Origin: Candidatus Bathyarchaeota archaeon
GTDB lineage: Archaea; Thermoproteota; Bathyarchaeia; Bathyarchaeales; Bathycorpusculaceae
Assembly: GCA_963811105.1 (NCBI GenBank)
Contig: CAWEPZ010000011.1
Coordinates: forward strand, 1,434,332 to 1,498,331
Length of the DNA stretch: 64,000 bases
Direction: 5' to 3'
This document shows positions 57,337-64,000 of the stretch, in pieces. The first letter of the stretch is position 1. Each line of letters begins with the position of its first letter. The notes below the pieces were generated by a model. It was not told where the DNA came from. It did no database searches and saw only the letters and a program-made list of their open reading frames with translations. The position numbers and the translations under genes are program-made.

Positions 57337-59717
57337 TAAGGTTCACCGCTTAACGTTTTTTTCCAGCAGCGTCGCAACTCGGCAAGTGAGGCATCAACAA
57401 CAACCTTCTTGTTTAATCCATGAATAAGCAATTTCTCATCTTTGGTAACTTTACCAATTAATGCGCAGTCTTTTCCTTTCATTAGAGTCTCAAATTGTTT
57501 TTTGTCTTTTTCTGAGACCTCTATTAAGAAGCGACTGTTTGATTCGGAAAACAATACAAAGTCACTTCGCTTGACGGATTTGCCGGGCACTTTGCACAAG
57601 TCAAGTTCTAAGCCAAAATTGCCTGCAAATGCTATCTCTGCTGCTGCCACTGCTAATCCACCCTCAGAAAGGTCATGGCATGATTTCACTAAACCAAAGT
57701 CGATAGCTTTAGTTACAGCTTTGAATGTGCGTCTGGCTTTGGCACCTTTGACTCTAGGTACGTTTGCGCCAAGGTAGCCTTTGAGCTTGTAGTATTCTGA
57801 ACCGCCAAGTTCATTGAATGTTTCTCCAATAATGTAGAGCAGGTTGCCGGGCTCTTTCAAATCCATAGACACAGTTAACTGAATATTGGGCACTACTCCT
57901 ACTGCAGTAATTAGAAGGGTAGGCGTTACTGGACCCAGCGGGGACTCGTTATAGAGGCTGTCTTTTCCCGAAATGAATGGGGTCCTAAAAGCAGTCGCAA
58001 AGTCAAAGCACGCCTCACAAGCTCTTACTAGCGAGCCTAAACGCTCCGGTTTCTCAGGATTACCCCATGTGAAATTATCCAGCAGAGCGATTCTTCTTCC
58101 CCCGACCGCAACGTTGTTTCTTATTGCTTCATCAATGGCTGAAGCTGCCATCCAGTAAGCATCAATTTTGCCATAATTGGGATTCATTCCACACGAAATT
58201 GACAAGCCCTTCCAAGAATCATCGAGAGGTTTCAGCACTGCTGCATCGTTTGGTCCAGCGTACTCACCTTGTAACGGCTTAAGAGTTGTGTTGCCTTTTA
58301 CCTCGTGGTCGTAGGTGCGTATGACGCTTTCTTTGCTGGCGATGTTGGGTGCGGAAAGAAGCTGCTTTAACGTTTCTGTTAAATTCTGTGATTCTGCAAA
58401 ATCTGGCTCCGCTAAACTTTGGGTCTCAATGGTTGCTGTTTTCATGCTTCCGCAAGGACTAAACAGAAAAGCCATATCCACCTCGGCAACTTTTTCGCCG
58501 TTGAAACTAAGCTCCAAACGCCTCTGACTTGTTAGTTTGCCTATCGCTGAGGCTCGAACATCTTCTTTTTCAAAAACCGCCATGACCCGCTCCAAATTTT
58601 CCGGCGGCACTGTTATCAGCATTCTTTCTTGGGATTCGGAAATGTAAATTTCCCATGGAGCCAAACCTTGATACTTCAATGGTACCTTGCCAAGCTCAAT
58701 TGTGACTCCACAATCAAATTTCTCGGCTGTTTCTCCAACTGCTGAAGATAAGCCTCCCCCTCCAAGATCCGTTGTAGCCGACGCTAATTGCAAATCTCGG
58801 ATTTCAATGATTGCCCGTTTAACTTTTTCTTCTTCAATGGGGTCGGCTATTTGGACGGCTGGACGAGAAATTTCTTCTGATTTCTCTGTGAGCTCCGCTG
58901 ACGCGAAGGTTACTCCGTGGATGCCATCGCGTCCTGTTTTTCCGCCTGCGATAACGATTATGTGTTCTGGTTTGGCGTTTTTGGTGAATTTGATTAATGG
59001 AAGTAGTCCTATGCATCCGCAGTATACAGTGACGTTGCCTGTGTAGCTCTCGTCAAAGTATATGGCTCCGTTAACAGTTGGGATCCCCATGTTGTTACCA
59101 TATGCGCTGATGCCTGCAGTCACACCCATGTACACGTATTTTGGGTGTTTAACGCCAGCAGGAAGTTTACTATAATCATAATCCAATGGACCGAAGCCTA
59201 AGACGTCAGTGCACGCAATTGGATCAGCCCAAACGCCCAAAATGTCTCGAATTACGCCCCCAACGCCTGTAGCTGCTCCGCCGAAAGGTTCAACTGCTGA
59301 TGGGTGATTGTGAGTTTCCACTTTGGCTGCAATTCCATAACCTTTATCAAATTTTACGATGCCAGCGTTGTCTTCAAAAACGCTGAAGCACCAAGGAGCC
59401 TTAATTTGTTTAGTTGCCTTTGCGATGTAAGTTTTGAAGAGGCTGTCAATTTCTTTGCCATCAAGAAGAATTTTTCCTTTGAAGGTTTTGTGGCAGCAGT
59501 GTTCCGACCACGTTTGGCTTATAGTTTGCAGTTCTACATCTGTCGGATTTCTGCCTTCAATGGAAAAGTAGGATTGGATGCTTTTCATTTCTTCTAAGCT
59601 TAAACCTAAAGCTAGTTCGTTACTGATTTCGACGAGTTGTTTGTCAGTAGCTTTGGCTAGTTTAGCTTCGTGTAGTGAATATTCTGCTTTGCGGTGGACA
59701 TAGAGGTTAGCGTTCAT
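57336..59717 (-). CDS. purL: FGAM synthase large subunit
   Basis: WSEHC.HK, KVETHNHPS..EPFGGAATG, TGRDG, SESQERM, YDHEV, HDLSEGG. Confidence 0.96.
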   Translation of the reverse strand: MNANLYVHRKAEYSLHEAKLAKATDKQLVEISNELALGLSLEEMKSIQSYFSIEGRNPTDVELQTISQTWSEHCCHKTFKGKILLDGKEIDSLFKTYIAKATKQIKAPWCFSVFEDNAGIVKFDKGYGIAAKVETHNHPSAVEPFGGAATGVGGVIRDILGVWADPIACTDVLGFGPLDYDYSKLPAGVKHPKYVYMGVTAGISAYGNNMGIPTVNGAIYFDESYTGNVTVYCGCIGLLPLIKFTKNAKPEHIIVIAGGKTGRDGIHGVTFASAELTEKSEEISRPAVQIADPIEEEKVKRAIIEIRDLQLASATTDLGGGGLSSAVGETAEKFDCGVTIELGKVPLKYQGLAPWEIYISESQERMLITVPPENLERVMAVFEKEDVRASAIGKLTSQRRLELSFNGEKVAEVDMAFLFSPCGSMKTATIETQSLAEPDFAESQNLTETLKQLLSAPNIASKESVIRTYDHEVKGNTTLKPLQGEYAGPNDAAVLKPLDDSWKGLSISCGMNPNYGKIDAYWMAASAIDEAIRNNVAVGGRRIALLDNFTWGNPEKPERLGSLVRACEACFDFATAFRTPFISGKDSLYNESPLGPVTPTLLITAVGVVPNIQLTVSMDLKEPGNLLYIIGETFNELGGSEYYKLKGYLGANVPRVKGAKARRTFKAVTKAIDFGLVKSCHDLSEGGLAVAAAEIAFAGNFGLELDLCKVPGKSVKRSDFVLFSESNSRFLIEVSEKDKKQFETLMKGKDCALIGKVTKDEKLLIHGLNKKVVVDASLAELRRCWKKTLSGEP

Positions 59718-59965
59718 TTGTGCTCCTCAACAGTTATAGTGTAATTATCTTTGGTTGGGTTTGCCAAAAGGCGCTTGCTCATTTCTTCCGCCTTAGCCAC
59801 CGCTTCTTTAGCGGTCGAAGCTTGAAGAGTAACAGTGTAAACTTTGCTTACGTCCACTGCTTCTACTTTGTAACCAAGTTCTACTAGCAAACGGGCAGTG
59901 GTTTCTCCCTCAGGATTGCTATGGCCAGGTTTTAGGCTAACTTCTATTTTGGCAAAGTATTTCAT
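59714..59965 (-). CDS. purS: FGAM synthase small subunit
   Basis: LKPG..NPEG, LLANP. Confidence 0.93.
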   Translation of the reverse strand: MKYFAKIEVSLKPGHSNPEGETTARLLVELGYKVEAVDVSKVYTVTLQASTAKEAVAKAEEMSKRLLANPTKDNYTITVEEHK

Positions 59966-60023
59966 AAAACCCTTAAATTATGCCTCAGCTTTTAAACGCT
60001 TTCGTCAGAAAAAAAGCAAAATT

Positions 60024-61103
60024 TTACGTCAAAATCATCCTTTTGTTTTGATGCAGTATTTCTACAGTTTGTTTGTCTGTCACTTTGCCAATTATTTCAG
60101 GTGTTGAGCCGTTCTGCTCCAGTGTGTTCATGGCTTTTTCAATTTCTGTTTTGTCAACAATTATTCCAAAACCCCAACCCATGTTGAAGGTTTTGAACAT
60201 TTCTTCATCAGTGATGATATAGCCTAATTCGGTTGCTGTCCTTTGGATCAGTCCAAATATCGGTTGCGGTTCGAAGTTGTTAAATTCAAAGCCTATGCCT
60301 GGAGAATAATTAGCAAGATTTTTGAATTTCAAGTAAGCGTCGCCTGTTATGTGTACCGCTGCCTTCACTTTTACTTCACTTGCTAATTTTTTTAAAGGCT
60401 TAACATAAATTTTCGTGGGCTCAAGCGCTTCAAGAACGATTTTCCTGCTTAAGCCTTCTGGAACATCGTTTGGCTCATATCTTCCGCCCCATTGTTTAAA
60501 GAGAATTTTTCTTGCAAGCGTTATGCCATTGCTATGCAACCCGCTACTTGCTAAACCTATTATTGGATCGCCAGGTTTGATATTTTCTCCAGTTATGATT
60601 TCTTGTCGTTCAACTTTGCCTACTGAGGAGACGACCATGTCAAACCCAACGTTTTCAGTTAAGCCTTGAATTATTTCTGCAACGTCACCAGTTTCTCCGC
60701 CTGTAACTGGGCACTCAGATTCAACAGCGCCTTGAATGATTCCTTTTAACCACGCCTTCAAAAGCTCAGGATTGCTTTCTTGCGCGTGAATATTGTCTGC
60801 TATTGCTAGTGGTTTGGCTCCTGAGCGGATGACATCGTTTACAGCCATGGCTACGGCGTCTACCCCTATGGTGTCATATTTCTGCGCTAACTGCGCAATG
60901 AGCACTTTGGTACCTACGCCTTCTATGACAATGTCCAGAAAGGTGTTTTGGGCAATAGGGAAAATGTTACCGTAAGGCAGATGCATTATACCACCATAGA
61001 GGCTATGCTTGTAGGTTTCTTGCAGATTTTTTAGTGCTTTTTTGGATTCGACTCGTTGTTGACGGTTTACGCCTGCATCTGTGTAGGTGTAATTCTTTGG
61101 CAA
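60024..61103 (-). CDS. purM: AIR synthetase
   Basis: TY.DAGV, EGVGTK, AMAVND, GGET, SSGLHSNG, EPTKIY, HITG, TFNMG; TTG at 61103. Confidence 0.95.
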   Translation of the reverse strand: MPKNYTYTDAGVNRQQRVESKKALKNLQETYKHSLYGGIMHLPYGNIFPIAQNTFLDIVIEGVGTKVLIAQLAQKYDTIGVDAVAMAVNDVIRSGAKPLAIADNIHAQESNPELLKAWLKGIIQGAVESECPVTGGETGDVAEIIQGLTENVGFDMVVSSVGKVERQEIITGENIKPGDPIIGLASSGLHSNGITLARKILFKQWGGRYEPNDVPEGLSRKIVLEALEPTKIYVKPLKKLASEVKVKAAVHITGDAYLKFKNLANYSPGIGFEFNNFEPQPIFGLIQRTATELGYIITDEEMFKTFNMGWGFGIIVDKTEIEKAMNTLEQNGSTPEIIGKVTDKQTVEILHQNKRMILT

Positions 61104-61281
61104 GCTGATTTCTCCTTGGTATTCTTTCTGGTTAGTTAGAGATAACGATTTTGCTTGCTTACCCAATAAAAGAATTCGCCATCCCTTTATTCTCATAGAA
61201 ACCATCAGCAAAGAATTATTTCATCAGATTATCATGGGTAAGAATCAATATATTTGCCGAAGCATAAATCAAAATGTACTT

Positions 61282-61311
61282 GCGGTCGTAGTCTAGCTTG
61301 GACTAGCACCA
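61282..61311 (+). pseudogene. tRNA-Gly-like remnant: 5' acceptor and D-arm strand joined to GCACCA
   Basis: GCGGTCG-TA-GTCT-AGCTTGGACT-AG matches the archaeal tRNA-Gly 5' end; AATATATTT ~30 nt upstream; no anticodon or T arm. Confidence 0.65.
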
Positions 61312-61554
61312 GGCTGGCGATATCGCCATTCAAAAAGTCGTCAAGTTTTGGAAAAAACTTTCTTTTTTCTTTTTTAGTTTTATTTTTAGTCTTCAGTAAC
61401 CTGGAGGCTTCAATATTTTTCAAGTTTCATGGGAACAAATTCATGCCTTACCTAGAGTTCCTAAGTTTGGATATAGATGTCCTGCAGCAAATTAAGGAGA
61501 GTTTTTCTGATGATTTTATTGCCGACGTCACGATTAAGGGAGGGTTATTATAGA

Positions 61555-61821
61555 ATGCCTGAATGGGCGCCTCTTTGGAATGTGCACGAGAAAGAGCTTG
61601 ACGTCAGAAAATCTGATAGCTGCAGTATTCGCCCAGAGGAATCTTTGCCGATAAATGCTTGTGAGTTTGCAGGTTCACTTCTCGAGTACACTCTGGGCGC
61701 TCGCAGCTGTTCCGGTGCCGATGGAACCTTCTGTCCAAAATCCAGTTTTGGAAATCCTTCTGTTTACTGTTCATGTCCTACCCGGCTTGAGAAACTGAAA
61801 ACCAGAAAAGATGTGACTTAA
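61555..61821 (+). CDS. Cys-rich hypothetical protein
   Basis: GGAGG RBS then MPEWAPLW; six Cys. Confidence 0.5.
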   Translation: MPEWAPLWNVHEKELDVRKSDSCSIRPEESLPINACEFAGSLLEYTLGARSCSGADGTFCPKSSFGNPSVYCSCPTRLEKLKTRKDVT

Positions 61822-61952
61822 CGAGGAGAGCTGTTCTGCAGAAAAAACTTGATGATACAAGTCAAAAAGTTTTAGATTCAAAGTCTAGAGTAAAATTTGA
61901 CTCTAGGTGTGGTGACATCCAATTTGATCGTGACACTTTTCGCAAATGGGTT

Positions 61953-62795
61953 TTGCCCCTCCTTAGGCGAATTGATGCTGGTGATTACCCTACTCAGGCA
62001 GGTCATATCCTTGGTTTGAAAAAGCAGCATACGTGGTATTACATCAAAAAGCTGGAGAAATGCCAATTCATCCATCGGGAAAAACGCAGCAACGTCTTGT
62101 TCTATTTGCTCACTGAGGAAAGTCAAAAACTTCTCAGGTCATGTGAGGGCACTGTGTTTCCCGCCGAACTTTACCGCTTTGACAAGTGCCAAGTTTCTTA
62201 TGAGATCCTTTCGGAGGGCCGATATCCAAAGGGTTCGTTTAGGCCAGTGGAAATGGTAAATTGGACCGCTCTGCTGGGCACAGAGTTAGGCGTAAAGGTG
62301 AAGCATACACCTAGGAGCTGGATTGTTCATGTAGAGGTTATCCAGGGCAGAAACGCGATTGAAGTTACAAATTTAGCAATGAACTTAGCAAATCGTGTGT
62401 GCAATGCTCTCTGCAGCAAATACGGTTGCGTTCTAAGTGAAGGGAAGGTGATAGCTGGAGAGATCGCGCATGAGGACCCTATTGCCTCTTTGTTTGGTCA
62501 ATACTTCACTGTGCGTGCGAACAACCGCAAGATTGACCATAGCTGGGGTCCAGGCGAACTTGAGCACACTCAGCGAGATGCTGTGGTTAGTTATCTGCAG
62601 ATGCCCGAGGGAGTCAAGAAAATTGAGGTTGAAGTTTTAGCTGTCCGAGGTGAAGTTGCGAGGCTGCGGGTAGAGATTGCAGGTCTTCGGAGTGATCTTG
62701 GTTTATTGACTTCAACTTTGAAGGAGGTCTTTGGGTTAGATGGTAACGGATCCGCGAAGACACCCATGACAGGAGCTAAGGAATATGTCACATAA
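61953..62795 (+). CDS. Winged-helix DNA-binding protein with C-terminal coiled coil; may start upstream at CTG 61836
   Basis: YPTQAGHILGLKKQHTWYYIKKLEK HTH; frame stays open upstream. Confidence 0.75.
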   Translation: MPLLRRIDAGDYPTQAGHILGLKKQHTWYYIKKLEKCQFIHREKRSNVLFYLLTEESQKLLRSCEGTVFPAELYRFDKCQVSYEILSEGRYPKGSFRPVEMVNWTALLGTELGVKVKHTPRSWIVHVEVIQGRNAIEVTNLAMNLANRVCNALCSKYGCVLSEGKVIAGEIAHEDPIASLFGQYFTVRANNRKIDHSWGPGELEHTQRDAVVSYLQMPEGVKKIEVEVLAVRGEVARLRVEIAGLRSDLGLLTSTLKEVFGLDGNGSAKTPMTGAKEYVT

Positions 62796-62940
62796 AAGAC
62801 AGTATCTAGGTCGCGTTAATTATCATGAGCGGGGCACTGGAGAACAAGTCGCCAATATTTTGGGTAAGCTTGTGGTTTCTGAGGGCACCCAAGACGTCGC
62901 TAAAGGTTCAGTAGATGGAGGAAATAGCTATGTGTCTTAG
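62785..62940 (+). CDS. 51-aa hypothetical protein
   Basis: AGGAG RBS; overlaps the previous stop. Confidence 0.35.
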   Translation: MSHKRQYLGRVNYHERGTGEQVANILGKLVVSEGTQDVAKGSVDGGNSYVS

Positions 62941-63105
62941 GATGGTTCCAGAAAATCCCGAACTTAAAATCGCAATAAAGGCAGTAAAAACCTGTTCAAA
63001 AGCCTTTTCAGCATACAGTCCTTAGGCATGGGAAAAGTCCATGCTTTTCACAAGTCGCTTTTCTGCAATTAGTTAGTCCTGATTACCCACTGCTAATTTT
63101 GCCCT

Positions 63106-63681
63106 GTGTTGATGGAGCAAAAAACATGGAGTGTGCAATTTGTTATGGAACCCAGTGAAAAACCTGTACAAAACTCAGAAAACGATGGAAAAAAACAACC
63201 AAAAAAGCGCAGCCAAGCCGATAAAGTCGGCAAGTTGAAGTATTTACTTCAGAAGGACCAGAAGCTCGATAAGGACATAGCTGAGATTCGGGTGATGCTT
63301 AGTACTCTACTTGAGGGCATGGAGTCATCCCTTCATTATGACCAGCCCAGAATTGAGAAACTTGCTTGCGAAGACGAACTTGACAAAGAAATTCTCCAGA
63401 CATTGTATGAAGCGGGCTCTCCTGGCCTATTGCCTAAAGATGTGGCGATTAAACTTGCAAGATACAAAATTACTCGGCATCATGTCCGCCGCAGGCTTTT
63501 GCGTATGAATAGGCGTTTGCAAAAAAAGATTAAGAGATCGGTTGTTGAGCAGCGAGGCTGGCATTGGGCTATGACAAGATTTGCCTTGGAGGCTTACGGC
63601 GCTAGTGAAGATGATGCATGCAATAGTTCAGTCTGCGGTCTTTCGGGTGGAGAGTTGGAAGGTCAAGAGGAGAGGGCTTGA
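63106..63681 (+). CDS. Hypothetical protein with probable winged-helix domain
   Basis: DELDKEILQTLYEAG..GLLPKDVA..ITRHHVRRRL..RGWHWAMT. Confidence 0.7.
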   Translation: MLMEQKTWSVQFVMEPSEKPVQNSENDGKKQPKKRSQADKVGKLKYLLQKDQKLDKDIAEIRVMLSTLLEGMESSLHYDQPRIEKLACEDELDKEILQTLYEAGSPGLLPKDVAIKLARYKITRHHVRRRLLRMNRRLQKKIKRSVVEQRGWHWAMTRFALEAYGASEDDACNSSVCGLSGGELEGQEERA

Positions 63682-63950
63682 ATATGGCTAAATTCTATTC
63701 TTGCAGCATTACCTTGTATGCTGCCGATGTTTTGCCTGAGACATTTAAGGTAAAGACTAAAGTTAAGAAAGGCAAAATCTTCTTTTTAAACCAAGTAGCC
63801 GAAACAATCAGGTCATTTATCAGTGAAGTTGGTCCTAATCCTGATAGGACTTGGATGTTTGAATATACAGGCGATCTAAAAACGGAATTCATGGAAGGCT
63901 TGAATAAGTCGTACCAGAAAAATCCTGCCGTTCCAATGGGAGGTATTTAG
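63678..63950 (+). CDS. Hypothetical protein
   Basis: Overlaps the previous stop; GAGGAG upstream. Confidence 0.55.
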   Translation: MNMAKFYSCSITLYAADVLPETFKVKTKVKKGKIFFLNQVAETIRSFISEVGPNPDRTWMFEYTGDLKTEFMEGLNKSYQKNPAVPMGGI

Positions 63951-64000
63951 TTGGCTTTGACTGAGCGTGAAAAGCAAATTTTGCGCTTGAAAAAAGGTAA
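63951..64000 (+). CDS. LuxR/sigma-4-like HTH protein (partial)
   Basis: GGAGGT RBS, MALTEREKQILRLK. Confidence 0.55.
   Translation, partial: MALTEREKQILRLKKG

Larger units (their letters stand above)
61312..64000 (+). mobile_element. Probable start of an integrated element (provirus/plasmid-like), continuing beyond the window
   Basis: Follows the tRNA remnant; co-oriented small overlapping orphan ORFs and several HTH proteins; no integrase visible in the window. Confidence 0.5.

Noticed and set aside
61254-61553. 99-aa ORF from the track
   Set aside because: It runs through the tRNA remnant and T tracts; at most the last ~37 codons could be real.
1-64000. CRISPR array, rRNA or full-length tRNA
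   Set aside because: No regularly spaced 24-40 bp repeats and no complete cloverleaf or rRNA signature seen by eye; only the tRNA fragment at 61282.

Overview
Archaeal chromosomal window; the gene content points to an anaerobic Bathyarchaeia-like lineage (inference). Left block (1-9 kb): two convergent deoxyhypusine-synthase-family genes, an RLAN/ATP-grasp/GCS2 peptide-ligase module, and F420/H4MPT genes (cofE, mer, cofC, fno). Next comes an intact IS with DUF2080 accessory gene and 18-bp TIRs (9563-10968). A ~30 kb metal/Fe-S accessory island follows (copA, Cys-tailed Lrp regulator, Orange-protein-like mrp/NifX/IscU/MinD-ferredoxin cluster, SufCB/SmsCB, a radical SAM fusion, many duplicated and decayed genes, and a recurrent 29-bp promoter/operator motif). 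Then a complete cooC-cooC-cdhABCDE operon and a purine cluster (purF, purD, purQ, purL, purS, purM). The purine cluster has no purN/purT; instead a HAD-like, Ftr-like and PfkB triad is translationally coupled behind purD. This is the best candidate for an undescribed system: a pterin-dependent GAR formylation route. At the right end is a 30-nt tRNA-Gly-like remnant followed by the start of a probable integrated element. All family assignments are from motif recognition by eye; no database searches were run.
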